DNA of 64,000 nucleotides from Eledone cirrhosa (taxonomy: Eukaryota): the NCBI GenBank assembly GCA_964016885.1, contig OZ024740.1, positions 113,832,001 to 113,896,000 on the forward strand, read 5' to 3'. The notes under the pieces were generated by a model. The model saw only the letters and a program-made list of their open reading frames with translations, did not search any database and was not told where the DNA came from. Positions within the stretch are counted from its first letter, which is position 1, and each line of letters starts with the position of its first letter. The translations under genes and the position numbers were made by a program. Shown here piece by piece: positions 48,001 to 58,486 of this stretch.

Positions 48001-48476
48001 CCCCTATCCGCTAATCCCACACAGTCCCAGCGTGCATCTAAGATCCCGTTCCAGTCGCCCACTAACACTAAAGAGCGGGACGTTCCAAGAAAGGTCTCCA
48101 GACGCCGGAAGAAATCAGGCCGCCCTGCTCCTGTCGGGGCATAGACGGCCACTAGCCTGAAAGCTTGCCCGTCTCCGCTGGTCACGTCCAGCACCACCAG
48201 CTTACCCTCTGGGTCCAGGAAGATGGCCCGTATGGCGAGATCCAAACCTCTCCGAAAAAGCACAGCAACTCCTCCACCCGATCCAGGACGGCTGGGAGAT
48301 GCGTACACATCGTAGCCGCCGAAGATCGGTGCGAAGGCCCGTGCTTCGGAGATTCTGGTCTCGCTGATGGCCACTACATCTATGTTTAGTGACCTGAGGT
48401 CGTTGAGCAGGTGACCCTGCTTCCATGACGACCCCAAGCCACGCGCATTTATGCTGCCTATTCTGAGTGAGGTCAT
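45057..48476 (-). CDS. ORF2: APE, RT, CCHC (1139 aa)
   Basis: Same motifs as A1, with about a dozen amino-acid differences. Confidence 0.97.
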   Translation of the reverse strand: MTSLRIGSINARGLGSSWKQGHLLNDLRSLNIDVVAISETRISEARAFAPIFGGYDVYASPSRPGSGGGVAVLFRRGLDLAIRAIFLDPEGKLVVLDVTSGDGQAFRLVAVYAPTGAGRPDFFRRLETFLGTSRSLVLVGDWNGILDARWDCVGLADRGGGCKSLTNLLRRFELSDRYRLDFPNVPMWTWTNRIGSSRSYLDRVFCREIDRSSIGCPQFKIVSYTDHKFVTCVLDLDRLHRRGPGYWKLNASLPARKAYRDRISELVKRALTGAIVNNKWWFALKRAIRIESIRFSKALAIEKNRAEGELVRKLDEALSKGIATDVLAAKLALDQFFNAKHEGCVVRARVRALRHEGTKAVQWARVAEARRGNKATIRSLVDHDGRMLLDPGQMCEAFQRHFAQLFGGSGGASRGMDFSVYLDGLPRLSATEAKCCEKPITAAEVREAMTGCTRGKSPGLDGLPYELYVQMPDLFGGLLADVYCNWQQNGRIPSSVSRGAVALLRKDPNKGDNIDNFRPITLLNTEFKILAKVLAKRLALVVGGLVGEAQTCAIPDRSIHDNLHLMRYIVERVAREPGTGGSLINLDQSKAFDRVDHRYLAAVLRAAGFGPVFRGWIAAMHSDICSVVRVNGHLSEPFNIMRSVRQGCPLSSLLYVLTLEPLLHKLETLRGVPRELGCGRSVSAYADDVTVVVSNAKHIEAIGTTLREYEAVTGAMINQEKSVGLQLGTWRGRSMPSNSVVGRWTDGPVKLLGVWFGPDLQTDKNWDEVTSRVASLTQKWAERKLSLKGRAEVANAYIASVICYRLTVVPCPKPRLTALERLLFRFLWKGRAPMVRRSICCQHPLRGGLGMPWLMMRRHALRLRHLHLFLDGDQVWSPFARRVFPQLVSLTELQSWVKRRPRGSAWRLECLQALTALDQSGNVIGGNSTSAFYRGLVEGKSDDVLGETLGVDENQLANLFGRTFGPGPMDNFQKSLAWQCYRGALPVRDKLYRHGGAVSRACPRCAQGDETVLHALVQCPKIADLWVYVEHLLSRLGRIQLSSESIVRIAPPSSFSREGQAVFICLVAMAKEIVWWTRLKGLKTSTYLFGDALIDFFKFHLKRKIRVEKEVLSSQHFVERWVREARMARVNGPTLSIYL

Positions 48477-48510
48477 GTTTAAATAGAGTGGAAAAGATGG
48501 GAAAGACCAC

Positions 48511-50604
48511 TTACCGTACTTTTGGTAGAGGAGGGATGGTTTTTACATCCCTTTTCACTTGATCGTCTGGTGAAGGGACCGTTGAATCGTCCCTTCGGCT
48601 GGTCGTCGGCTCTTCTAAGAGAATGTCTGAATATACTCTTCGATTAATGGTTCCTCCTAGGTCCCTGAAATCACCAACTGCGTTGGGGAATTTCGTTTTA
48701 ATGTTTGTGTATTGTTTCTGTGCTATTTTTAGCAGTCTTATGTTAGTTGGCGTTTTGATTGGTGCTGGTATTATGTAGTCCTGTTGTGAAATGTCTGTGT
48801 GTTCAATTATGTAAGTCATTAGTTTCTTGTGTGTGTTTATTGCCGTGCATTTGTTTTTCTGGGGGTGGGGTGCGGTTCTGCTATTTTCTTGTCGTTGTTG
48901 CTGGGTGTGTGTGTTTTGTTGTTGTGTTTGCGATGTTGGTGCTTGTGGTGGTGGTGTTGAAGGTGTTGTTGGCGGTGGGGTTGTCGCCCGTGGTGATGGT
49001 GGTGCTGGTGTGGGTGGTGATGGTGTTGGTGGTGTTGCTGCTGTGGGTCTCTTTGCAGTAGACTTTACCCTTTTCTCATTTCTTTCCTCCCTTTTCAAAG
49101 GCGACGATGCGCTGCTTCTGCGTTTGTGCCTTCTTGCGACCTTTTGCCATCCCTCTCCCACCTCACACTCCATGTCTGATTCTGTAAGGTCGGGGAGGGG
49201 TACCAGCTCCACTCTTTCACTTGTTATTGTTGGTGATGTTTGCACTGGAGTCTCTGTTGCAGCTGCATTTGGTATTGCTGTTGTTGTTGTTAATATTTCC
49301 ACTGCTGCTGCTGTCTTTGATTTCCGTGGAGTGGGTATGGGTGCCACGGACCTATCGTTCCTGGTTGCCGCTTGTCCTGTTGCTGGTAGCCGTGGAGCCG
49401 GATTCGGAAGGAGGGGGGTTTTCTCCTTTCTCAGGGTCTTCTCGTTGCAGAAGGCCCTGAGGTGAGTCTTCGATCCACAGCGAAAGCATTTCGGGCGTTT
49501 GCCCTCAACACTTATGGGCAGTTGAGTGCCGTTATCGAAGTCTATCACATCCGGGATAGCTTCGATGCACTCCTGGTTGGTTTGGATTAGCATCTCAATG
49601 GAGGAGCCGACCCAATCTTCTCTTACTTTTTTCTGTACTTGCAGTACAGTTGTTTTGTCCTCGATTCCGACGAGGACAGACGCGGCCAGCCAAGAAGGGG
49701 TCATTCCGGGGGGGACGTGGGTCAGTTTGACCCTCACAATTTTTTGCCCACAGTAGGAGGGCACCAACACCATTTCCTCGCTCCTTAGGGTCACTACTGA
49801 TTGGGCCTTTGCCTCCTGGGGTGTGGCAAAAAGTACGTCTACGGTGGCATATTTTTTGCCTCGGGTGATGTGCGTTTTCCGCTGCCACACAGACCCCAAG
49901 GCTTTTTGTATTTGGGCCTCTGTGGCTCTTTCCACCCTACGGGATTTTGTACTTACTGTACGGTACGTGACCGTACAGTGCTCTTGGGTTTCGAAAAAAT
50001 TTTTCGCTGCCTTGCAGATTGCTCGGTGTCCGTTCTTTGTCACCATCTTCTTCGCTTCCTCTAATTCCTCATTTGTTATGAGGATTGTTTCCAAGTTTTT
50101 CGCAATACCTGCAAATGAGATTGGTTTTTCTCTGCTGTTGTTGTTGTCGTCAGAGCTGCTGGTACTTTTGTTGTTGCTGCAGGTACTACGACTACTGCCT
50201 CCGCCGCTGTTGCTGTGGTTGTTGTTGGTGTTGCTGCTGCTAATGCTGTTGTTGTTTATGCTGCTGGTGATGCTGTTGCGGCTGCTACTGTTGTTTTCAT
50301 TGTCACTGTTGCTGTTGTTATTACGGCTGCTACTGCTATTATTCCTGACGTCAGACGAATGAACTGGGTTTTCGTATTTCCCGCACACCTGTTTCGTCGC
50401 TGTCGTCGTCGTCGTGGAGAAACCTTGCACGCTTTGCACGAGACTTTTCTTTTCTTTCGTCACTTGCGAAAGAGAAGGGAGGGCGAGAGACACATTTAAA
50501 GAAGGGACGGAGAGAGACAATCTTCTCTCTGCTGTAGTGATGATTGAGGAAGAAGAAGACGGAATGAGTGGGAGTGACGTATGAAATTTCTTTTTCGTAG
50601 CCAT
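48511..50604 (-). CDS. ORF1 gag-like protein
   Basis: As A1, with two single-codon deletions. Confidence 0.92.
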   Translation of the reverse strand: MATKKKFHTSLPLIPSSSSSIITTAERRLSLSVPSLNVSLALPSLSQVTKEKKSLVQSVQGFSTTTTTATKQVCGKYENPVHSSDVRNNSSSSRNNNSNSDNENNSSSRNSITSSINNNSISSSNTNNNHSNSGGGSSRSTCSNNKSTSSSDDNNNSREKPISFAGIAKNLETILITNEELEEAKKMVTKNGHRAICKAAKNFFETQEHCTVTYRTVSTKSRRVERATEAQIQKALGSVWQRKTHITRGKKYATVDVLFATPQEAKAQSVVTLRSEEMVLVPSYCGQKIVRVKLTHVPPGMTPSWLAASVLVGIEDKTTVLQVQKKVREDWVGSSIEMLIQTNQECIEAIPDVIDFDNGTQLPISVEGKRPKCFRCGSKTHLRAFCNEKTLRKEKTPLLPNPAPRLPATGQAATRNDRSVAPIPTPRKSKTAAAVEILTTTTAIPNAAATETPVQTSPTITSERVELVPLPDLTESDMECEVGEGWQKVARRHKRRSSASSPLKREERNEKRVKSTAKRPTAATPPTPSPPTPAPPSPRATTPPPTTPSTPPPQAPTSQTQQQNTHTQQQRQENSRTAPHPQKNKCTAINTHKKLMTYIIEHTDISQQDYIIPAPIKTPTNIRLLKIAQKQYTNIKTKFPNAVGDFRDLGGTINRRVYSDILLEEPTTSRRDDSTVPSPDDQVKRDVKTIPPLPKVR

Positions 50605-50817
50605 GTTTTTTTGTTTAAAATGAAATTTTGGGTACAAAACCCCAATAACTGGTTATTTAACCCCGAAGGGCCAAATAACGGACAGAAAGACCCCTCTCAC
50701 GAGGAGGAGGGTGTCTTTATCAACAATTTGGTTCAAGTTTTGAACAATTTACAATTGTTTTAACGGTTAAAAATTACTATACCTTACAGAGCCGAGCCTC
50801 CGTCAACCATGGCATTC

Positions 50818-50868
<51 letters not shown>

Positions 50869-50872
<4 letters not shown>

Positions 50873-53800
50873 GAAAATAAGAATGAAGAGAGAAGCAGGC
50901 AGACGGACAGAGAAGAGGGGGGGAAAAGTAAAACTTAAAAAACTAAAACTAAGTCAGACATTCGAACACTACATTACAATGAAACTTATGCTTATTCATT
51001 TTTGGGGCCCTTTCTGCCTGTGTGTTTGTTTGTTTATGTGTGTTCGTATACAGCGTGGTGATAATGCCACACAAGGGCCAAGTGGGATGGCGGATCCACA
51101 GATGGCTATGTAAACATACATTCGCCAATCCTCGATAAGAGTGTTTAAATATCGAACATAAACAGTTCGAATAACGGTGAAATGGAGACTAGAACGTCAT
51201 GTGACAGACTCTCACCCAACAGGTGCCCCCTGGCTCAGCAGCAGGAACCTGACTGTCAACCAAATACTGCTGATGTTGGAGGAAGGAGAAGAAGGAAAGG
51301 GGCCAGAACCAACTGGACGAAAGAATTGAATAGAACTGTTATGCAATGCTACCTGAAAAGTAACCCCAAGGAGAGGGGCTACAGGAGACGGATGCATAAC
51401 ATCTGGAACGAGATTGGTTTATTTAAATTAGATGAACAAAAATTGGCCGGGCAGGCTCGGGTAATAAGAACTAATGGGTGGATAAGCGAGCTGGAACTGG
51501 AGGAACTGAGCAGAGAGAATGGCTTGGAGATGGCGGGTGTAGTATGCCAGACAAGCGAGCCGGTGGGAAATGAAGGTGAGGAGGTCCTGAGAACGGAGGA
51601 ACCACCCGAAGCAGACAATGATCTGAGTACTGAGATAAATAATACCTGGAACAGAGATACGGCCACTGAGGAGATGAATGCTGACGGGCTAGGACAAGAT
51701 TCGGTTGACATCCTAAATTTAGTGGTAGATGAATTGAACAATGATAGTGGGAGACCTATGAACCTAAGATTTGTAGACAGGAAAAAGTTAAAAGAAACAA
51801 CAGCTAAGGTAAACAAAGTCATCCCATACCTTGAGGCGAGGAGCCTTCACCAGTACAACAATATCCTCAGAGCAACAGCAAATACGGTGAGGAAACTACT
51901 TGGTATAAAAGCGAGAGGAAACAACAGACAAGAAAGAGCAGAGCCGTGGTGGAAGAAGCGACTGAGTGGGCAAATCGGGGAAATGAGAAATGACATAGGA
52001 AAGCTTGAGTCACTACTGAATGGGACACTAAAAAACATAGGCACTAAAAATAGACTGGAAATAAAATACAAAACTAGGAGTAAAAAGCTAAATATTATCA
52101 TAGAGGAATTGAAGCAACGCATTGTAGCAAAGAGTGCAAAAATCAGGCGATACGAGAACAGAGTCAGTCAGTATAAACAGAACCGCATGTTCGACAACAA
52201 CCAGAAGATGCTGTTTGGACAGCTTGAGGGCAAAGAAAGAGGCAACGACTTGATCCCTGGGGCGGAGCAAACTAAAACATTCTGGAGAGGAATATGGGAG
52301 CAGGATGTTAGACACAATGCCCAGGCAGGGTGGATTGAGACAGTACAGAGGGAGATCGGTGAGCAGGCACAGCAACAGACTGATTTGAGTATCACAGTTG
52401 AAACTCTTAAGGGGCAAGCCAAAAAACTAACCAACTGGAAATCACCAGGCCCAGTTGGTGTGCAGGGGTATTGGATTAAACATCTAACATCCCTCCACCC
52501 GAAGCTGACGGCCATGTTCAATGACTGCTTGGTGTCGGGTGAGGTGCCAGAGTGGTTGACAAAAGGTACCACAGTTCTGATAATGAAAGACCGAATCAAG
52601 GGTAATGATGCTACCAACTATAGACCTATCACATGTCTGCCCGTAATGTGGAAACTGTTGACGAGCATTGTGTCTGAGGAAATCTACCATCACCTCCACA
52701 CAAACAACTTGTTACCGGACGAACAGAAAGGATGCCGAAAGAAGTCACGTGGTACAAAGGACCAGTTGCTTATTGATAAGATGGTAATGGGGAATTGCAG
52801 GAGGAGACACACTGATCTTGCCATGGGATGGATAGACTACAGAAAGGCATTTGACATGGTGCCTCATTCCTGGATCACCAAAAGCCTGGAGATCTTCAGG
52901 GTGGCAGATAACATCAGACAGTTGCTAGGCAGGAGTATGGGGTCCTGGGAGACAGAGTTGACATCAACTGGAGTATCCTTGGGAAGCGTGAAGATCAAGA
53001 GAGGTATCTTCCAGGGAGATAGCCTGTCCCCTCTGTTGTTTGTCCTTGCCCTGATGCCCTTGACCATTATGCTGCGAAAAGTGAGAGCAGGATACAAGTT
53101 GGGAAGGGGAGAGCTTACCATCAATCACCTCCTCTTCATGGACGATCTTAAGCTCTTCGGGAAAAGTGAGAAGGAGTTGGATGTGCTTGTTGACACTGTC
53201 CGTATTTTCAGCAGTGATATATGTATGCAGTTTGGTATTGGTAAATGTGGAGTCATTGTGATGAAGAGGGGTAGGTTGAGCAGAAGTAACGGGATCCAGA
53301 TACCAACAGGTGAGATGATAAAAGAAATTGACTCTGAGGAAGGATACAAGTATTTGGGCGTTCTGGAGGCTGATGGCATAAAGAACAAAAAAATGAAGGA
53401 ATTGTTAAGAACTGAATACATTCGGAGAGTAAGGAGCGTATTGAAATCACATCTGAAGAGCAGAAATGCCATAAGTGCAGTAAATTCCCGAGCTGTGTCT
53501 ATTATTAGGTACAGTGCGGGAATTCTGAGATGGAATGTTGCTGAACAGAAAGAAATGGATAGGAAGACTAGGAAGCTATTGACTATCTACAACATGTTCC
53601 ACAAGAGGAGTGATGTCGATAGACTCTACCTAAGGAGATCTGAGGGTGGAAGAGGTCTTATCAGCATAGAGGACAGTGTTCAGATGGAGAAAAACGACCT
53701 ATACAAATACGTGACCTATAGTAAGGAGCCAATGCTCAGAACTGTACTGAAGGAGGGGACAGTAGGCCAGGGGATGTCCAGGGAGGAAATAACATCAAGG

Positions 53801-54649
53801 AGGAAGAGCAGCCTTAAGGGAAAACCCCTTCATAGTACCTTCTTTGAGAAAACTGAATTTAGAGATCCACAGACATGGAACTGGTTGAGAAGAGGAGACC
53901 TCAAAAAGGCTACAGAAGGAATGCTAATGGCTGCGCAGGAGCAGGCCCTCAAAACGAAGTGGTTGAAGCACCATATCTACAAGGAGGAGGCTAGCCCACT
54001 GTGCAGGATCTGTGGAGAGAGAGAGGAGACTGTGGCTCACATTGTGTCCGAGTGTAAACACCTAGCCCAGACCCACTATAAGGGCTGGAGACACGATGTG
54101 ATGGGCAGGGTGATCCACTGGCAGCTATGCAAAGTAAACAATCTACCACATTCTGAGAAATGGTATGAGCATAGGCCAGAGGCGGTGATGGAGAACAATC
54201 ACGTGAAGGTGCTGTGGGATTTTAGGATACAGACGGACAAAAAACTGGAACACAATAGACCTGACCTGGTGGTTGTGGACAAAGAAAAAAGATCGTGCCT
54301 GATTGTGGATGTGGCCTGCCCGTTCGACACGAGAGTGCAAGAGAAGGAGAGGGAGAAAATTAACCGATACCAGGACCTAAAGTGGGAGGTGAAAAGGATT
54401 TGGAACTGCCATGAAGTCAAAGTGATCCCGATTGTCATAGGCGCACTGGGGACTATCTCCAAAAGTTTCCAGGGATGGCTAAAGAAAATCGGCCCCTTCA
54501 CGCTTTTTGGAACGCTTCAAAAGGCATGCTTGCTTGGAACAGCAAGGACCCTCCGATACGTCCTGAATATCTGAGGCTGCAGGTAGTGGCTTGATATTCA
54601 ATCCAACGGACTTTCCAGTTAACCAACATCAATGACTGAGATTCAAGGA
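50869..54649 (+). mobile_element. R4/Dong-type element A2, truncated within the leader, ORF uninterrupted
   Basis: Begins at the position equivalent to A1 ~34912, with (AAT)n on both sides. Confidence 0.95.
51182..54574 (+). CDS. RT, CCHC and restriction-like (PD-(D/E)xK) endonuclease polyprotein (1130 aa)
   Basis: YRPITCL, WIDYRKAFD, GIFQGDSLSP, FMDD, CRIC...H...C, RHD, RPDLVVVD...IVDVACP...EKINRY. Confidence 0.96.
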   Translation: METRTSCDRLSPNRCPLAQQQEPDCQPNTADVGGRRRRKGARTNWTKELNRTVMQCYLKSNPKERGYRRRMHNIWNEIGLFKLDEQKLAGQARVIRTNGWISELELEELSRENGLEMAGVVCQTSEPVGNEGEEVLRTEEPPEADNDLSTEINNTWNRDTATEEMNADGLGQDSVDILNLVVDELNNDSGRPMNLRFVDRKKLKETTAKVNKVIPYLEARSLHQYNNILRATANTVRKLLGIKARGNNRQERAEPWWKKRLSGQIGEMRNDIGKLESLLNGTLKNIGTKNRLEIKYKTRSKKLNIIIEELKQRIVAKSAKIRRYENRVSQYKQNRMFDNNQKMLFGQLEGKERGNDLIPGAEQTKTFWRGIWEQDVRHNAQAGWIETVQREIGEQAQQQTDLSITVETLKGQAKKLTNWKSPGPVGVQGYWIKHLTSLHPKLTAMFNDCLVSGEVPEWLTKGTTVLIMKDRIKGNDATNYRPITCLPVMWKLLTSIVSEEIYHHLHTNNLLPDEQKGCRKKSRGTKDQLLIDKMVMGNCRRRHTDLAMGWIDYRKAFDMVPHSWITKSLEIFRVADNIRQLLGRSMGSWETELTSTGVSLGSVKIKRGIFQGDSLSPLLFVLALMPLTIMLRKVRAGYKLGRGELTINHLLFMDDLKLFGKSEKELDVLVDTVRIFSSDICMQFGIGKCGVIVMKRGRLSRSNGIQIPTGEMIKEIDSEEGYKYLGVLEADGIKNKKMKELLRTEYIRRVRSVLKSHLKSRNAISAVNSRAVSIIRYSAGILRWNVAEQKEMDRKTRKLLTIYNMFHKRSDVDRLYLRRSEGGRGLISIEDSVQMEKNDLYKYVTYSKEPMLRTVLKEGTVGQGMSREEITSRRKSSLKGKPLHSTFFEKTEFRDPQTWNWLRRGDLKKATEGMLMAAQEQALKTKWLKHHIYKEEASPLCRICGEREETVAHIVSECKHLAQTHYKGWRHDVMGRVIHWQLCKVNNLPHSEKWYEHRPEAVMENNHVKVLWDFRIQTDKKLEHNRPDLVVVDKEKRSCLIVDVACPFDTRVQEKEREKINRYQDLKWEVKRIWNCHEVKVIPIVIGALGTISKSFQGWLKKIGPFTLFGTLQKACLLGTARTLRYVLNI

Positions 54650-54660
54650 ATAACAATAAC

Positions 54661-54770
<110 letters not shown>

Positions 54771-55031
54771 TTTCTTTATTAACCACAAGGGTTTACATAA
54801 AGTAGACATTAAGGACAGTGCAGGACAATGCAGGACGGTACAAATGGGCATTTCTGCGTGTAAAAAAAACAAAAATAGAGGATGTAACAAAAATAACAAT
54901 GAAAATAACAATGAAAAATTCCCCAATAGGGGGGAGACTTCGGAGGGACATTTGTGGAGAAAGCCCAGTAAAAAGCCACAATGACCCTGACCACCAAGGC
55001 AAGTGCCCTCTCCCAGTTTTCCACCTTTAGT

Positions 55032-58000
55032 TTACAGATATATACTCAGAGTCGGCCCATTCACTCGGGCCATTCTTGCTTCTCTCACCCATCTTTCAAC
55101 GAAATGCTGGGAAGAGAGCACTTCCTTCTCTACTCTGATTTTCCTTTTCAAATGAAATTTGAAAAAGTCAATCAGAGCATCACCGAAGAGGTAAGTGCTC
55201 GTCTTCAGCCCTTTCAAACGTGTCCACCATACTATCTCTTTCGCCATGGCCACCAGACAGATAAAAACTGCCTGCCCTTCCCGGCTAAAGGAGGAGGGCG
55301 GGGCAATCCTCACGATAGACTCAGATGATAGCTGGATCCGTCCTAAACGCGACAGCAGGTGTTCGACATAAACCCACAAGTCAGCAATTTTCGGACACTG
55401 GACGAGTGCGTGCAGGACGGTTTCGTCGCCCTGCGCGCATCTCGGACATGCCCGGCTGACGGCACCTCCATGCCTGTAGAGTTTATCCCGAACTGGCAAG
55501 GCTCCTCGGTAGCACTGCCAGGCCAGAGATTTCTGGAAGTTGTCCATAGGCCCTGGCCCGAAGGTTCTTCCGAAGAGATTGGCTAGTTGATTTTCGTCGA
55601 CGCCTAGAGTTTCCCCAAGTACGTCGTCGCTCTTCCCCTCCACTAATCCTCTATAGAACGCCGAGGTGGAGTTTCCACCGATCACATTGCCCGATTGGTC
55701 GAGGGCTGTGAGCGCCTGAAGACATTCCAGTCTCCAGGCGCTCCCTCTCGGTCTTCGCTTGACCCAGGACTGCAGCTCCGTCAAGGAAACGAGCTGGGGA
55801 AAAACGCGTCTAGCAAACGGCGACCACACCTGATCACCGTCGAGGAAGAGGTGGAGATGTCGTAGCCTGAGCGCGTGCCTGCGCATCATCAGCCACGGCA
55901 TGCCCAGCCCTCCACGTAGCGGGTGTTGACAACAGATGGACCGCCTGACCATCGGAGCACGTCCCTTCCACAAAAAGCGAAAGAGCAAACGCTCCAGCGC
56001 AGTCAGGCGAGGCTTAGGACAAGGTACGACGGTTAGGCGGTAGCAGATGACAGACGCGATGTACGCGTTAGCCACCTCCGCTCGACCTTTCAGGGATAGC
56101 TTCCTCTCCGCCCATTTCTGGGTGAGAGAAGCCACCCTGCTCGTCACCTCGTCCCAGTTTTTGTCCGTCTGGAGGTCCGGACCGAACCAGACCCCTAGCA
56201 ATTTAACCGGTCCGTCCGTCCAGCGCCCGACGACGCTGTTGGACGGCATGGACCTGCCTCTCCAGGTGCCGAGCTGCAGGCCCACTGACTTTTCCTGGTT
56301 GATCATTGCTCCTGTCACCGCTTCGTATTCTCTTAGTGTAGTGCCGATCGCCTCGATGTGTTTGGCGTTCGACACCACTACGGTGACATCGTCCGCATAT
56401 GCTGACACGGATCTTCCGCATCCTAGTTCGCGCGGGACTCCCCTCAACGTCTCCAGTTTGTGCAGTAATGGCTCGAGAGTCAATACGTACAAGAGGGACG
56501 AGAGGGGACATCCTTGGCGGACCGAGCGCATGATGTTGAACGGTTCCGACAGGTGACCGTTCACTCTCACCACAGAGCAGATGTCGCTGTGCATGGCAGC
56601 GATCCAGCCTCTGAAGACGGGCCCAAAGCCAGCCGCCCTCAGGACTGCCGCTAGGTAACGATGGTCGACCCTATCGAAAGCTTTCGACTGATCTAAATTG
56701 ATCAAGGACCCACCCGTGCCAGGTTCCCTAGCTACCCTCTCTACGATGTATCGCATGAGGTGGAGGTTGTCGTGGATGGATCTGTCGGGAATGGCGCATG
56801 TCTGCGCCTCTCCCACCAGACCACCAACGACAAGCGCCAACCTCTTTGCTAGCACCTTGGCCAAAATCTTAAACTCTGTGTTTAGCAGAGTTATGGGCCG
56901 GAAATTGTCTATGTTATCCCCCTTGTTCGGATCCTTTCTCAGCAGTGCCACCGCTCCTCGGCTCACAGAACTGGGAATTCTCCCGTTCTGTTGCCAGTTG
57001 CAGTAGACGTCCGCCAAGAGGCCTCCGAACAAGTCTGGCATCTGTACGTAAAGTTCATAGGGCAGACCATCCAAACCAGGCGATTTACCCCTTGTGCAGC
57101 CAGTCATTGCCTCCCTTACTTCAGCGGCTGTTATCGGCTTTTCGCAACACTTCGCCTCAGTGGCCGAGAGCCGCGGCAGTCCGTCGAGGTAGACACTAAA
57201 GTCCATCCCTCTACCCGGCCCCCCGCTGCCCCCGAACAGCTGAGCGAAGTGTCGCTGAAAAGCTTCACACATTTGCCCGGGATCGAGTAGCATGCGCCCG
57301 TCGTGGTCCACCAAAGACCGGATCGTGGCTTTGTTGCCACGACGCGCCTCCGCCACTCGGGCCCATTGAACGGCTTTCGTCCCCTCGTGTCTGAGAGCAC
57401 GCACCCTAGCTCTGACAACGCAGCCTTCGTGCTTTGCATTGAAGAATTGGTCAAGGGCCAATTTCGCCGCAAGCACGTCGGTCGCAATGCCTTTGCTAAG
57501 CGCCTCGTCTAATTTTCTAACTAGTTCTCCCTCTGCTCTATTTTTCTCTATTGCTAAAGCCTTACTAAACCTAATCGATTCTATTCTAATCGCTCTTTTC
57601 AGAGCAAACCACCACTTGTTGTTGACGATGGCCCCCGTCAACGCCCGCTTAACTAGTTCGCTAATCCGGTCTCTGTAGGCCTTGCGCGCTGGTAAGGACG
57701 CGTTTAGCTTCCAGTAGCCGGGTCCTCGTCTATGAAGCCTATCTAAGTCAAGCACACAGATCACGAATTTGTGGTCCGTGTAGCTGACTATCTTGAATTG
57801 TGGACAGCCTATGCTAGACCTATCTATTTCCCTACAAAATACTCTATCTAGATATGATCTGGATGACCCTATGCGGTTTGTCCAAGTCCACATTGGCACA
57901 TTCGGGAAATCCAATCGGTACCTGTCAGACAGTTCAAAACGCCTGAGCAGGTTGGTGAGGCTCTTGCACCCTCCACCCCTATCCGCTAATCCCACACAGT

Positions 58001-58451
58001 CCCAGCGTGCATCTAAGATCCCGTTCCAGTCGCCCACTAACACTAAAGAGCGCGACGTTCCAAGAAAGGTCTCCAGACGCCGGAAGAAATCAGGCCGCCC
58101 TGCTCCTGTCGGGGCATAGACGGCCACTAGCCTGAAAGCTTGCCCGTCTCCGCTGGTCACGTCCAGCACCACCAGCTTACCCTCTGGGTCCAGGAAGATG
58201 GCCCGTATGGCGAGATCCAAACCTCTCCGAAAAAGCACAGCAACTCCTCCACCCGATCCAGGACGGCTGGGAGATGCGTACACATCGTAGCCGCCGAAGA
58301 TCGGTGCGAAGGCCCGTGCTTCGGAGATTCTGGTCTCGCTGATGGCCACTACATCTATGTTTAGTGACCTGAGGTCGTTGAGCAGGTGACCCTGCTTCCA
58401 TGACGACCCCAAGCCACGCGCATTTATGCTGCCTATTCTGAGTGAGGTCAT
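55032..58451 (-). CDS. ORF2: APE, RT, CCHC (1139 aa)
   Basis: Same motifs as A1. Confidence 0.97.
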   Translation of the reverse strand: MTSLRIGSINARGLGSSWKQGHLLNDLRSLNIDVVAISETRISEARAFAPIFGGYDVYASPSRPGSGGGVAVLFRRGLDLAIRAIFLDPEGKLVVLDVTSGDGQAFRLVAVYAPTGAGRPDFFRRLETFLGTSRSLVLVGDWNGILDARWDCVGLADRGGGCKSLTNLLRRFELSDRYRLDFPNVPMWTWTNRIGSSRSYLDRVFCREIDRSSIGCPQFKIVSYTDHKFVICVLDLDRLHRRGPGYWKLNASLPARKAYRDRISELVKRALTGAIVNNKWWFALKRAIRIESIRFSKALAIEKNRAEGELVRKLDEALSKGIATDVLAAKLALDQFFNAKHEGCVVRARVRALRHEGTKAVQWARVAEARRGNKATIRSLVDHDGRMLLDPGQMCEAFQRHFAQLFGGSGGPGRGMDFSVYLDGLPRLSATEAKCCEKPITAAEVREAMTGCTRGKSPGLDGLPYELYVQMPDLFGGLLADVYCNWQQNGRIPSSVSRGAVALLRKDPNKGDNIDNFRPITLLNTEFKILAKVLAKRLALVVGGLVGEAQTCAIPDRSIHDNLHLMRYIVERVAREPGTGGSLINLDQSKAFDRVDHRYLAAVLRAAGFGPVFRGWIAAMHSDICSVVRVNGHLSEPFNIMRSVRQGCPLSSLLYVLTLEPLLHKLETLRGVPRELGCGRSVSAYADDVTVVVSNAKHIEAIGTTLREYEAVTGAMINQEKSVGLQLGTWRGRSMPSNSVVGRWTDGPVKLLGVWFGPDLQTDKNWDEVTSRVASLTQKWAERKLSLKGRAEVANAYIASVICYRLTVVPCPKPRLTALERLLFRFLWKGRAPMVRRSICCQHPLRGGLGMPWLMMRRHALRLRHLHLFLDGDQVWSPFARRVFPQLVSLTELQSWVKRRPRGSAWRLECLQALTALDQSGNVIGGNSTSAFYRGLVEGKSDDVLGETLGVDENQLANLFGRTFGPGPMDNFQKSLAWQCYRGALPVRDKLYRHGGAVSRACPRCAQGDETVLHALVQCPKIADLWVYVEHLLSRLGRIQLSSESIVRIAPPSSFSREGQAVFICLVAMAKEIVWWTRLKGLKTSTYLFGDALIDFFKFHLKRKIRVEKEVLSSQHFVERWVREARMARVNGPTLSIYL

Positions 58452-58486
58452 GTTTAAAATAGAGTGGAAAAGATGGGAAAGACCAC

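Larger units (their letters stand above)
44795..50817 (-). mobile_element. Tx1/L1-clade element A2, full length, intact ORFs
   Basis: Head-to-tail with A1 across (AAT)8, with the same termini. Confidence 0.97.
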
